Shown one piece after another: positions 35,401 through 49,585 of a stretch of DNA of 64,000 nt. The notes under the pieces are model-generated. The model was not told where the DNA came from, searched no databases, and worked only from the letters and a program-made list of their open reading frames with translations. A program made the position numbers and the translations under genes. The stretch is taken from NCBI RefSeq assembly GCF_009914755.1, contig NC_060927.1; one strand, 5' to 3'. Each line of letters begins with the position of its first letter. Positions within the stretch are counted from its first letter, which is position 1. This DNA is from the human T2T-CHM13v2.0 reference genome, Homo sapiens.

Positions 35401-36730
35401 AATTTATTGGAAAAAACATGTTTATAATGTCATCTTAATACTTTCTAATATCTGTGGAATCTACAGTGTTGCACTTTTTTCTATTTGTTATCGTTAATCT
35501 GTGTTTTTTTCTGATTTTCTTGATCAGCCTTGCTAGAAATCTATTAAATGTATTAGTCTTCACTGATTTTGTTTCTATTGTTTATTTCTATTTCATTAAT
35601 TTCTTCTCTTTTAAAATTTATTTCCTTAAACTTTCTTTGGTGTGATTTGCTGTTTTTTTAACTTCTCAAATTGACTTATACGGTAGATATTAAGTTTTTT
35701 TGTAATATATGCATTTAATACTTTTAATTTTACTGTAAGCACCTTAACTGCATTCAATGTGTTGATATTTGGTATCTTTATTAGCATTCCATTAAAAGTG
35801 TTTTCTAATTTCTTGTTTGACCTAAGGATTATTTAGATGTGTATTTCTTAGTTTTCAAGCAGTTGGCAATTTTATAGTTTTTCAATTATCTCTTTTTCTC
35901 TGTCACTCTGTTATTCATGTCTAGCACAATTTTACTGTGGTCTGACTTTGAAGATTTCAGTCCTTAAAATCTGTTGAGGCTTGCTTTATGGCCCTGTATA
36001 TTGTCAATTTTGGTAAATGTTCCATGTGCCCTTGAAAAAAAATTGAATTCTGTTATTGTTGGTTGCATTTACATCAACTTGCCAATTATGTCCATTTTGT
36101 CATCGTGTAGATTTTTTCTATCTTTATTGATTTTTTTAATTCTGTCAGTTCTTGCTTCATACACACACACATGCACATGATGCACATGCACACACGCACA
36201 CATTATTGGGTGTATATGGATTTAGAATTGTTTTATATTCCTGGTGGTTTGTTTTATTAATCCACCATCTTAATCTTAGTAGTGTTTCTTGCCATTTTGG
36301 TGTTTGTATGGTTTTTCTATCAACCTCTCTGTATTCCTATATTTAAAGTTTGTTTTGTGAGCAGAATATACCTTTTTTCCAGTCTGATAATTTAGTTTTT
36401 TAATTGGAGTCTTTTCCCTCTTGTGTCATTTGCCTTATTTTTGTCATGAATTTTTATTCTACATAATTTTTAAACACCACAAGATATTGTTAATTTTATT
36501 TTGTAGAGTTAATATTCATTTATGCTTATTTTTTGGTGCTCTTTATTTCTTCTTGTACTCATTGTTTTTGTCTGGATCATTTTTCTTCTGTTAGAAAAAT
36601 TTATGTCTAGGATTTAAGAAATGCTTTCCTGCTGGTAATGAAATCTCTGTTTTTGCTTGGCTAAAAACATCTTTATTTCCTCTTAATTTGAAGGACTGTT
36701 TTTTCTGGGTATAGAAATCTAACCAGATGC
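32430..36730 (-). mobile_element. Old L1M body with nested L1PB/L1MA 3' fragments (about 34440-35290)
   Basis: Degenerate ORF2-like peptide in 32858-33289; L1 3' motifs gctcccacttataagtgag and cccagtaatgggattgctggg. Confidence 0.75.
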
Positions 36731-38142
36731 CATTTAATAGTCTTGCAGATAGATGCAAAATTTATTGATTTTCAAATAATTTTCATCATTTTTAATATTT
36801 ACATTGATATTGGTATTCTAGTTGATTTCATGCACTTTCTTCTAACATCTCCCTCTTCTTTCTAGCATTCTTTAATGGAAACAGTCTAGGATTTGGAAAG
36901 ATAAATGCCTTAATTCAAGAGTCAGTTCTACCATTTACTACCTATGTGACCTTGGCCAAGTCATTTAACTTTTCTGAGCCAATTTTCAATCTATAAAAAT
37001 GGGAAAAATATTACACGGGCTCTATTTCACTGGGAAGTTATAAGGGATTGTTGAGATATTGTCAGTGCTTTGTAAAATGTAAAGTACCAGTCAGCTCAGT
37101 TGGAAATATTTAGTGTTATTATTTACTGGAACAGAAATATTCTCAGTGTACATATCCAAAATTCTCTTACAAATGCACATTTTCATGAGTACCCACAAAA
37201 TAGTTCAATGGTATTATTCATGTATTTATTTCTGTCTATCCTTTGTTGTATTAAGGACATTGTTAAAAGTTACATAAAATGTAACTTACACAAGGTCAAT
37301 CACAAGTTTATTTCTTATCTTTCAAGTGACTAACATGAAAAGGAAAACCTGGACAGTTACATAATTCATAATGTCCATAAGATAAAAATAATTCATTATT
37401 CAGGAGAAGTGCCATTATTTCTTAATACTAAGCTCAGACAGGAATTTCCCTTTCAGTTTTTTTTTTAATGATGTAGAGTTATTTAAAATATTTTCCGGCT
37501 GGTTTAGAGGTTATTGATTTGCATGGTTAATCCAAATCAGTGTTGGACTTATCTAGAATTTTAATATTCTGTTTCATACTCACCATGGGAGAATTATACA
37601 TTTTAATGTGGGCTTCAAGTAGCTGCTCTTCCACTCCACTTGCAAATGGATTATATTCAGAGAATAATAAATAATGCCAGTTTCCTTTTCAAAATGCTTG
37701 GATACACATTAGAGGGAAGGTTAGGCTGCTAAATTAAAATTATATTTTGCATATATAAAATTATCAAACTGCCTTAGGAAGATAATATTCAGCTGCATTT
37801 TATGTATTAAAAGCTAATTCAAAAAATCCTTACATTAATCAAATACTTAGAATTCTTACTATGTGCAGGCATACTGTTAACTCTTGATCTGCTTATTCTT
37901 TGATAAAAAAGCTGTCATTCAGACTTACTTTTGTGCTTTATTCTTTCACTTTTTTGGTTTTTTTTTTGGTAAACATGTATTTAAATGGAAAAAAACTGTA
38001 TGAAACTGCAGTTTTAAGTCAACTACTGATTGTATGTTTGTGCCTCACAGCCAATGCCCCAACACATCTGAGGTTTTGTATGATGAAAAAATTTAAAATA
38101 GGATATTTGTTCCTTATTTAAATTCTTTGACTTTGTCTTCAG

Positions 38143-38292
38143 GTCACTGGCATGCATTTTGTATGAGATGTGCTGCATGAATCATGCATTCGCTGGCTCC
38201 AATTTCTTATCCATTGTTTTAAAAATTGTTGAAGGTGACACACCTTCTCTCCCTGAGAGATATCCAAAAGAACTAAATGCCATCATGGAAAG
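38143..38292 (+). CDS. NEK11: NEK11 coding exon, 150 nt, SLACILYEMCCMNHAFAGSNFLSIVLKIVEGDTPSLPERYPKELNAIME(S)
   Basis: ctttgtcttcag|G TCA CTG...GAA AG|gtatag; kinase subdomains IX-X; phase 2/2. Confidence 0.96.
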
Positions 38293-38385
38293 GTATAGAA
38301 ATAAACATGTTGTCACAGAAATAATTTAAAGTTGTACTTATATTTTAGTTTACCTGAAAAATAATTTTCTGTTTAAACATTACAG

Positions 38386-38464
38386 CATGTTGAACAAGAA
38401 TCCTTCATTAAGACCATCTGCTATCGAAATTTTAAAAATCCCTTACCTTGATGAGCAGCTACAG
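38386..38464 (+). CDS. NEK11: NEK11 coding exon, 79 nt, MLNKNPSLRPSAIEILKIPYLDEQLQ (subdomain XI; includes the LNKNPS serine, recalled as CHK1 site S273, codon 38405-38407)
   Basis: cattacag|C ATG TTG...CTA CAG|gtattt; in frame with the previous exon across a 93-nt intron. Confidence 0.95.
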
Positions 38465-38600
38465 GTATTTAAAATGAAAGGGATTCTGGGAAACAGGTAT
38501 GAGCATTTGTATACACATTCCATGACTTGAAGATATGCAGTGGGGATATGATTCAGTAAGAATCAACCAGAAAGGAGGAAAAAGGCCAAAAAGAAGCTGA

Positions 38601-38885
<285 letters not shown>

Positions 38886-39986
38886 TCAGGACAATCTCTT
38901 TCCAAAATAAGGTGTGTGTGAACTCCCATTCCCCAGTGCCACTGAAAATAAGAAGTTAGATTTCTGATTTTATGCCAAAACTCAACATCCACCCTTGGAG
39001 CTCTGTTGACAGATCTTACCTGAACACTTTGTAACTATATCCCTGCAAGGACAAGAATATGCTAACAGAGGATGCTAAAATCTAGGGTTATCATTGACCA
39101 TTTATAATTCCAATCCTTTATTACATATCTCAATAATACTTTTTAATGATTAGCTAGGTTTATTTTGTTTTCTTGTAAATTAGGAAATTTGACATAGAGG
39201 CTGTGTCTCAGGTATTAAGAAAGCAGAAAATGGTCCCCTCTTTAGAGGGCTTTTGTTTGTTTTTTTTTAAAACTTCTCAGGGTTTTACAATACAGGTCCC
39301 TGAAGCAAGTTTCCTCTGTAATTTTATGCGTAACTTTAAGAGGAACCACAAAATGGTCATCCACTTTAAAAACTGTGGGTACCTTTTCATCAGTGGGGCA
39401 TGTTCCAAACCCAAAGGAAGCAAAGGTGATAAATGATGTGTACTTATTAGTTGAGTGCTGGGCACTGTGCTGACACCAGGGGATGCCAAAATGAAAGGAA
39501 CAGGTATGTTTCCTGTCCTTTTGAAGCTTGACTGCTAGTGAGAGAATCCAATAACCAAGAAAAAGTAAGGATGTAAATAAAATAAGTATATGCCTAGCAC
39601 TGGGAAGAAAGTATAATAAACAAACAGGATACTGTAAAAATAAGGGAGAAAGGAAGGGCTTTGGCGGTCAAAGGAATAGGTGACATTTCTTTACCAGTGA
39701 GCCAATGGGAAGCAACCAGCCATGTAAAGAGCCTCAGAAACAGTGTTTGAATCACAGGGAATAGCTGGCACAGAGAGGTCCTGATTATGTTGTGCCTTGG
39801 AGGTAGGTACAAATGGGAGGGTTCTTATGCAAGCATATGCTCTCAGGGAAGCCCATGCGGTCATGGGGAAGGCTAGACAGGAGAGGGAGGCAGGCTTAGG
39901 TTTCCTGATACTTCCAGCTCTCCTTCTGTGCAGGCCAAATGGGATCCAGTAGAACCTGCAGGTGGTCCTCTGGAAAGAGCCTCATA

Positions 39987-40512
39987 TGCTGGTTGTGGGG
40001 ATCAAAAACACACTGAAGAGGCTTTGAGCATTCAAAAAAAAAATGGGTCAAAAGGTATTCACAGGGATCTGCTGGGACCAAGATGAGGCAAGTGAGGCCC
40101 TTGACTCTGGGGCAAAAGTTAAGGGGACACTAAAATTCATAATCAAGATAAGTAATATTTTAAAAATCCAGATTAATGCTTAAAATCCCAGGTAACAAGA
40201 TATTAACACTTTAAAGACAGAATCCAGCAGGGCCAGGATTAGGGTGAGGTAAGTGAGGTGGAATTGTGCAAGTTCAGGGTTGGATCCTATCTTTAAAGTT
40301 TTGCTATTGTATTCTTTATAGTTTTTTGACATTAATTTTGATTTTTAACAATAATGTTCATTAAAATTATTTATCTTGGCTACTGAGTTTTTTGGTGCCC
40401 TCTTAGATTTTGTGCCTGAGGTATCTCACTTGCCTAAACCTTGCACTGGCCCTGGGAGTGTAGATACTGTCCTCTACAGTCTGGGAGGTTGGAAAAAGCT
40501 TGTGTCTTCTTG
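39987..40512 (+). repeat. Copy 1 of a roughly 530-bp local direct duplication containing a hAT MER96B-like element
   Basis: Colinear match to 42655-43189, including sequence flanking the element. Confidence 0.92.
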
Positions 40513-40790
40513 TAGCTGAAAGTAGGCCTGCCCATGATTGGCAAAAGGGAGTGAGAGAGCAAGCAGTGCAAGATGAAGCTGGAGAGACAGGCAGGAGCCT
40601 GACCCTGCAAGATCTTCTTGGAAAAGCTACATGGAATTTTACATAACCCAGGGAAAACTAGCATGCTTTGTTCTCAGGCTCCCTGCCATGGTCAAAAGCA
40701 CCCCAAATCTGAAAAGATTCTTGGTAATTTATTCCCTTTCATCCCTAAAGAGGAGCCTTTAAGATATGTCAGGGTTGATCTTTTTTTCAG

Positions 40791-40876
40791 AACCTAATGT
40801 GTAGATATTCAGAAATGACTCTGGAAGACAAAAATTTGGATTGTCAGAAGGAGGCTGCTCATATAATTAATGCCAT
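40791..40876 (+). CDS. NEK11: NEK11 coding exon, 86 nt, NLMCRYSEMTLEDKNLDCQKEAAHIINA(M)
   Basis: gatctttttttcag|AAC CTA...GCC AT|gtaagt; phase 0/2. Confidence 0.93.
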
Positions 40877-42654
40877 GTAAGTAATTGCTTTGTTTTTAAA
40901 AAGCCCATCGAGTGTAAATGTTAAATGTATTTGTCTTTAAAAATCTATTAGCACTAAACTGACTGCATCGAGTATCCTAGAATTCACTTAAGTCTTGCCA
41001 AGAAATTAAGGAGCTTCAGGAACTTGGTGTTCCAAAGCCCTTTACCCCAGGTGGTAGCAAATTGAAATCATGAAAGTTTAAACCACTGCACAGCTTACAG
41101 ATCTGCAGGGTAGCTCTGCAGTTGCCTTGCAAGGATATAGAGAAGTTAATATCTCAAATATTTAGTAACATTTATGCTAATGAGCCTTCCATAATAACCA
41201 TAAATGGCTTTCACATGTTGTTTGTTTAATGTGAACTGGCAGAGTATCTATTGACAAGAAAACATTGTGGAGTCCTGAGACAATTGAAAATAAGCCGAAA
41301 TTCACTTTCTTGAAATATACATTCCTTCACATAAGAACTAAACATTGTATTCCCCAAAGAAACATAATTATTTCCTGATCTAACTTCTCTCTCCTACCTC
41401 GTTCAAAATTTTTGTTCTATAACTTGCAAGAACCCAGAATACTAGGTTCTTATGTTCTGGATTTTTGCATAGTTTTACAGTCATGCACAACTATGGTATA
41501 CAGGAGGTGTGCAGGACAGTGGGATGAAAACAGAAGCCCTCAATAGGCTGATCTAGCACAAATATACTCCTCCAACACCCAGTCCAATGTTTCTCAACGC
41601 TACCATGTTTGCTTTCCATCCTCACTTTCAAACTGAGGAAATTTGCATGATCTCCAGTTAAGATACACTATATACCACAGGGGGTAAATTTTTAGACGTG
41701 TTCTTAATAACCTTGTTTTTATGGTTTATTACCTGCTATTTCAAGAAACGTCGAAATTTCCAATTGTATTTTATTAACTAGAGATGTAAGAGTAGTAGAT
41801 ATTTTTTAAATACTGGACTAGTTTTAGCTATTATTTTGTACTGTAGTTATAAAACTGACACTGTTTACAATTAACAGTGTTCTAGAATCCAGTTGTTTGG
41901 AGGGTATTTTACATTATGAAATATTGACTTCAGATGGTCACTGCTATTTTCGAGATCTATGACTATGTTTCAAGGAGATCCATTGGTCTGACAAAATAAG
42001 AGATGTATATTCCTGAAAATTGCATGTCCTCTGGAGTCTGTTGTCTGGATGGTATCAGAGAGGTATTAGAACTGTCCTCAGAGGTCATTACAATTTTCTC
42101 ATAGTGTTTGTCAAGGAAAGAGTTGGGTGTGAAAGGTCTTCTATAGTATTGGGTCCTAACCAAGTCAGGAAGAGAAGCAAATGCCATTGAGAATGTGGTT
42201 GGAGTTCTTTCAATGTGCCTTCCCTCTGAAGACTTTTAGAAGTGTGCCAGTCATCCCTGTCTATCTGGCTGCCTCTAGTCGGCCATCTTGCCCCTTCCCT
42301 CATGCTAAATTTTATTGATTGTGTCTTCTATTCCAGGCTTAATACAGTAGATATTTTTTGCTGAGGTATGGTGTAGTGGTTAATTGCACAGATTAATAAC
42401 ACTCTCTCAATTCAAATTCTAGTTCCCAGGTAATACTCTGTATTACTTTGGACAAGTTACTTAACCTCTCTATGACTATAAAAAAAAGTACCTACTTCAT
42501 AGAGTTGCTCTGCATTTAAGTGAGTTAATTCATGTAAAGTGCTTACAAGCATGGGGTTATTACCTGCTAAAATGTTAGCCAATGTGATTATTTAGCCTCT
42601 TTTTCAGTTAAGGAAATATGCTTAACATTAATCATACATTGAAAGATGTTTATG

Positions 42655-43189
42655 TGCTGGTTGTTGGGATCGAAAACACTGAAGAGGCTGTGAGCATTCC
42701 ACAAAAAAAAAAAAAAAGTCAAAAGGTATTCACAGGGATCTGCTGGGAGGAGGATGAGGCAAGTGAGGCCCTTGACCCTGTGGCAAAATTTCAATGGGAC
42801 ACCAAAACTCAGAATCAAGATCAAATTTTAATGCAATATTGTAAAATTCCAAATTAATGCTTAAAATCCCTGGTAACAAAATATTAAAAGTTTAAAGACA
42901 GAGTCCAGCAGGGCCAGGATCAGGTGAGGCAAGTGAGGTGGAATTGTGTAAGTTCAGGGTAGGATCCTGTCCTTAAAATTTTGCTATTGTATTCTTTATG
43001 GCTTTTTGACATTAATTTTGACTTTTTAAAATAATTTTCATTAAAATTATCTTGGTTACTGAATTTTTTTGGTGCCCCCTTAGATTTTGCGCCTGAGGTA
43101 TCTCACTAGCCTAAACCTTGTGTTGGCCCTGGGAGTGTGATCATTGTCCATTACAGTCTGGGCGGTGGGAAAAAGTTTGTGTATTCTTG
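42655..43189 (+). repeat. Copy 2 of the roughly 530-bp local direct duplication
   Basis: Colinear match to 39987-40512. Confidence 0.92.
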
Positions 43190-45180
43190 AACACAGAGTG
43201 TGTTATTAATCTGTGCGATTAACCACTACACCATGCTGCAACAAAAATATCTACTGTATTAAGCCTGGAATAGAAAACATAGTCAATAAAATTTAGCATG
43301 AGGTAGGGGACAAGATGCCCTACCTCTAGTTGGCTAGATGCAGCCAGGTGAGCCAGGTGGAACAGCTGCCACTGAGGGACCAGGATGACTGGCACACTCC
43401 TAACAGATCTTCAGAGGAAACAACTGAGAGTGGTTGGAGAGAAGACACAGAAGCTGGGCTGAAGGGGGAGGAAGGTGGGAATCCTGTATGGGGCCACTGT
43501 ACACCTGTGCACCGGGACCTCCAGTGACGCTGGGGGAATGGGTGAGTTGAACTGGCAGAGAGCAACCTATTCTTGCCACAGGCCTCTGGAATCCTGGCTG
43601 GAGGACACCCCTTGACTACCAGGGACACTTGAGTTGGTAGGGAGAGCTGCTTAGAGAAGTGGTAGGGGCAGCACACCAGCTGATGTGAAGTCCAGAGGGT
43701 TTGGTGCTTGAGTGTCTGCAGCAGAGCATGGCCAGGGAGACCATCCCCCTAGGCTTGACTTGCTCCCATGGGAGGCTTTAGACCCAGGGGAACTGTCAGA
43801 CTTGAACTCTGCAGGCAGTCTTACCCATCAGAGGGGGCTGATCTGACCTGAGCACCCCTTGATCTTCTGGCCTCTCCTGAGGCCCAGCCTGGCCATGCCT
43901 GCTTGCAGTGCAGCCACGGGTGTCTTGGGGGTCTACATCATAGCTCCCGTACTGCTGAGGAATCATGCCTGACTGGAGGAGAGATCCAGTAGGGAGGCCT
44001 GCTCCTTCCCCTAACTGCAGCTTCCTCAGGCTCACAGCCACCACCCTCCCCATGTTGCTTTTCTGGCATCTATATACATGGGCAGATTTTGACTTTCCTG
44101 CCCTGCCAGCGTGCATGTGCATGCACACTGCCCTGCTACTGCTGCTGACAGGAGTGTATCCCACCTCACCTCCCCTGCCATTGCAATCAGAGCCTTGGCG
44201 GGCACAGAGACAGCCAGCCCTGGCCCTACCAGCACCCTGCCCCTGTACCAACACTGCTGCTAGAGTGAAACTAGGTGCAGAGAACAGCGGACCCTTCCCT
44301 GCCCTGAGTGGCCACCCCTACCTGTGTCAGCATGCACAGAGGTTGCACACAGACCTATGCCCACAAGTGCTGCACCCTGTGCTAACACCACCACCAGCAG
44401 GACCACATGCACAGTTGCCAGTGGAGGGCCCCGGCTCCCTGAGCCATTCTGTCTCTGCTGCTGCTGTGAATGCCCACAAGGAGACAGGCACCCTGACACC
44501 TGCTAGCACCCTTCCACAGCTGACAAGTCTGCACCCCTCCACACTGCCACTCCACCACCACTGCCGCTGCTGGCACATGCAAGCAAGGATGGATCTGCTG
44601 CCACCATCCTACAAAATGGTATGGCTGGCACCATCCATCAGAGTGTAGTGACCAGCTGTCCAGGAGCACATTGGCCCCCCCAGCGCAATGAGTTGACGAC
44701 CTTGAGGAGCCAGAGAGCAAAATTGGGGCCCAGTACAAGTCTCCCAGAGTTAGAGCACACAGCCCAGGAGCTGGGAGCTGAGCACTGGCTGCCTAAAATT
44801 TTCCAGAAACAAAACCAGTCTACTGAATCCACCTTATAACACAATCAAACCCTCAAAGTTATCAAGTAGAATAAAAGGAAAAAACATCCAAAGGATAGCA
44901 TCTTCAAAGATTGAAGGAACTTCAGCCCACAAAGATGAGATAGAGCCAGTGCAAGAACTTCGAGAACTCAAAAAACCAGACTGCCTTCTTTCCTCCAGGT
45001 GACCACAGTACCTCCGTAGCAAGGGTTCTGAGACAGACTGAGAAGGCTGAAATGACAGAAATAGAATTCTGAATATTAATAGGAATGAAGATCATTGAGA
45101 TGCAGGAGCACATTCAAACACAATCCAAGGAAGCTAAGAAACATAATAAAATGATACAGGAGCTGACAGAAAAATAGCTA

Positions 45181-45689
<509 letters not shown>

Positions 45690-46712
45690 TCATGTCCCTG
45701 AAAGAGGTGGGGAAAATTGAAGCAATTTGGAAAACACAGAAATACATTGCATAGAAACATAGAAATTTCATCCATAAGAACTTCCCCAACCTAGCTAAAG
45801 AGGTCAACACTCAAATTCAGAAAATGCAGAGAGCCTCAGTAAGATACTTCACAAGAAGATCATCCCCCAGGACACATAATCGTGAGGTTTTCCAAGGTCA
45901 AAATGAAAGAAAAAATTTTAAAGGCAGTTGGAGAGAAAGGTCAGGTCACATACAAAGGGAAGCCCATCAAACTAACAGCAGATGTCTCAGCTGAAACCTT
46001 ACAAGCCAGAAGAGATTGGGGGCCAACATTCAACATTCTTAAAGAAAAGAAATTCTAACCCAGAATTTCATATCTTGCCAAAATAAGCTTCATAAGCGAA
46101 GGAGAAATAAGATCCTTTTCAGACAAGCAAATACTGAGGGAATTGTTACTACCAGACCTGCCTTATAAGACCTCCTGAAGGAAGCACTAAATATAGAAAG
46201 GAAAGACCATTACCAGCCACTACTGGTACACACTGAAGTACACAGACTCTAAGTGACACTATAGAGCAACCATACAAACAAGTCTGCATAATAACCAGAT
46301 AACATCATGATGACAGGATTAAATCCACACAGATCAATCCTAATCTTGAATGTAAACAGACGAAATGCCACAATTAAAAGGCACAGTGTCGAGTTGGATA
46401 AAGAAGCAAGGCCCAACTATATGCTGTCTTTGAGACCCATCTCACATACAATGGCACACATAGGCTCAAAGTGAAGGATGGAGAAAAATCTACCAAGCAA
46501 ATGGAAAATAGGAAAAAGCAGGGGTTGCTATTCTAATTTCAAACCAAACAGACTTTATACCAACAATAATCAAAAACAAAGAAGAGCATTACATAATAGT
46601 AAAGGGTTCAATTCAACAAGAAGATCTAACTATCCGAAATATACATGCACCCAATACAGGAGCACCCAGATTCATAGGGCAAGTTCTCAGAAAGCTTTAC
46701 ACCAGTCAGAAT

Positions 46713-46931
46713 GGTGGATCATGAGGTCAAGAGATCGAGACCATCCTGGCCAACACGGTGAAACCCCGTCTCTACTAAAAAGACAAAAATTAGCTGGGCG
46801 TGGTAGCGTGTGCCTGTAGTCCCAGCTACTCAGGAGGCTGAGGTTGGAGTGAGCCGAAATCGCGCCACCGCACTGCAGCCTGGCAACAGAGCAAGACTCC
46901 ATCTCAAAAAAAAAAAAAAAAGAAAAAAAAA
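46713..46931 (+). mobile_element. 5'-truncated AluSc with internal deletion
   Basis: ggtcaagagatcgagacc; right arm jumps ggaggctgagg|ttggagtgag. Confidence 0.88.
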
Positions 46932-48164
46932 GTCAAAAAATAGATGCTTGTGAGGTTGCAGAGAAAAAGGAACACTCATACACCATTGGTGGAAGTGTAA
47001 ATTAGTTCAACCATTGTGGAAAACAGTGTGGCGATTCCTTAAAGACCTAAAAATAGAATACCATTTGACCCAGCAATTCCATTACTGGATATATACCTAA
47101 AGGAATATAAATCATTCTATCATAAAGACACATGCACGCATATGTTCATTGCAGCATTGTTCACAATAGCAAAGACATGGAATCAACCTAAATGCCCATC
47201 CATGGTACACTAGATAAAGAAAATGTGGTACATTTACACCATGGGATACTACACAGCCATAAAAATAACAAGATCATGTCCTTTGCAGCAACATAGACAG
47301 AGCTGGAGGCCATTATCCTTAGCAAAGTAATGCATGACCAGAAAACCAAATAATGCATGTTCTCACTTATAAGTGGGAGCTAAATGATGAGAACACATGG
47401 ACACATAGAGGGGAACAACAGACACTGGAATTTTTCAGAGGGTGGAGGGTGGGAGGAGGGAGAGGATCAGGAAAAATAACTAATGGGTACTAGGCTTAAT
47501 ACGTGGGTGACAAAATAATCTGTACAACAAACCCCTATCACTTGAGTTTACCTATATAACAAACCTGCACATGCATCCCTGAACTTTAAATAAAAGTTAA
47601 AAAATAAAAAAATAAGATTTAGCTATTAAAATACTAGCATTTTGGAATACTTTTTATGTGCTAGGCACTGTGCATATGTTATCTCATATGATACTTACTG
47701 TAGCCCATTCTTTACAGATGAGAAAACTGAGATTCAGGGAGGTTCAGTTACTTGCCCAAGGCCACAGAGCTAATGAGTGGTGGAGGTGGGATTCGAACCC
47801 TGCCTAACTCTAAAGATTATGTGTTTTATCCACATGGTGGAATTACTGGGCCAGTCTATTTACTCTTTAATGGCCAAGATCCTAATTTGTTTTACATTAT
47901 GAAAACTAGTCATTGGCGATGAAATGAGCAGGAATTTGGAAAGTAAATAATTTCCTTTAAACAAAAATCTAATTTGAAAAATGTTGCTTATTAACTACAG
48001 TCCTGGTTGGCTCATTACATACCCAAAGCTTATTAGTTTTTGCCTGGCCTGTCTCAAGATGCTTTTGCTCTCAGTAGTGTAGTGATACTTTTATAAAATA
48101 TTTGTTTAATTTTTCTGAACATGTTTGGGATGGGCTATATGAGGGGAATCTTTGTTATTTATAG

Positions 48165-48284
48165 GCAAAAAAGGATCCACCTGCAGACTCTGAGGGCACT
48201 GTCAGAAGTACAGAAAATGACGCCAAGAGAAAGGATGCGGCTGAGGAAGCTCCAGGCGGCTGATGAGAAAGCCAGGAAGCTGAA
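48165..48284 (+). CDS. NEK11: NEK11 coding exon, 120 nt, coiled coil QKRIHLQTLRALSEVQKMTPRERMRLRKLQAADEKARKL(K)
   Basis: tttgttatttatag|G CAA AAA...CTG AA|gtaagc; phase 2/2. Confidence 0.94.
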
Positions 48285-48844
48285 GTAAGCTGCTTTTCCT
48301 TTAGGCACTCATGCTCGGGACCACTTCTCAGGGCTCTCAGGGAATTTACAGAGAAAAGCAAAAACCAAAACAGGAAACCCCAATGCATACGATTATGTAT
48401 TTATGTGTTTATTCATTCACTTGTTCACTCCAAGATGATTATTGAGCCATAGATTGAATGTCAGGTGCTATTAATATCAGGCTTTCAGTCTTGTGTGAAG
48501 GGAAAGATTAACTATTTGGGAGGTTATTAGTGATGAAAATAGGGTCAGTTTCCAAACGAAATCTCATTGTTGTTGACAGCTTCTGCACATACCCCAGCAG
48601 GAGACATCACTGTTTCACCCGGATTCCCTAGGTGCTTGCTGCGTACCTTCTACCAGGAGACCTCACTTATTTATAGGAAGGAGACTTTATTGGCAGGAAA
48701 TTGTTAGCTTTTGGAAGAAGTAGACTGGAAACAGAGCTCTGTTCTGTCAAGTGAAGCATTTAGAAAAGTCTATGCTCAGGGCGATGTTGCTGGTGGGAGA
48801 TATCACTAGTAATTAGAGTATTTACATGAAAAAGTGAAATTTCA

Positions 48845-49585
48845 GGTGTTAGCCAGGATGTAGAGAAAAGGGAACCCTTGTGCAGTAGTGGTGAGAATGT
48901 AAATCAGTACAGCCATTATGGAAAAATAGCATGAAGATTCCTCTAAACATTAAAAAATAGAACTACCATATGATCTGGCAATCCTACATTTGGACTTATA
49001 TCCAAAGAAAATGAAATCAGTATATAGAAAAGATACTTATACTCCAATGTTCATTGCAGAATTATTCACAGTAGCCGAGATATGGACTCAACCTACGTAT
49101 CCATCAACAGATAAGGGGATAAATAAAATGTGGTATAAATACACACAATGGAGTACTATTTAGCCTTAAAAAAGAAGGGAATCCCATCATTTGCAACAAC
49201 ATGGATGAACCTGGAGGACATTATGTTAAGAGAAATAAGCCAGGCATAGAAAGACAAATACTGCATGATATCACTTATATATGGAATCTTAAAAAGTTAA
49301 ATTCACAAAAGGGGAGAGTAGAATGGGGTTACTAGGGGCAGGGGGGCATGAATGGGGAAATGTTGTCAAAAGGTAAAAAGTTTCAGACAGGAGAAATAAG
49401 TTCTGGAGATCTATTGTACAGCATGGTGACTGTAATTAATAACAATGTTTTGTATTTTTGAAAATTGCTAACAGAGTAGAGCTTGATTTAATTATCCCAC
49501 AATGTATACATATATAAAAACATCACACAGTATATATAAATCTAAACATTTTTTGTCAATTAAATTTTAATAAAGCTGAAAAAAT
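48845..49585 (+). mobile_element. L1MA 3' fragment
   Basis: ORF2 C-terminal remnant plus gagatctattgtacagcatggtgact 3'UTR motif and aataaagctg end. Confidence 0.85.

Noticed and set aside
43796-44844. Cluster of overlapping ORFs up to 227 aa
   Set aside because: They lie in the GC-richer 5'UTR of an old L1, where stops are rarer; no recognisable domain
46680-46700. L1 internal deletion as a spliced L1 RNA product
   Set aside because: No clear splice-site signature can be inferred at the junction
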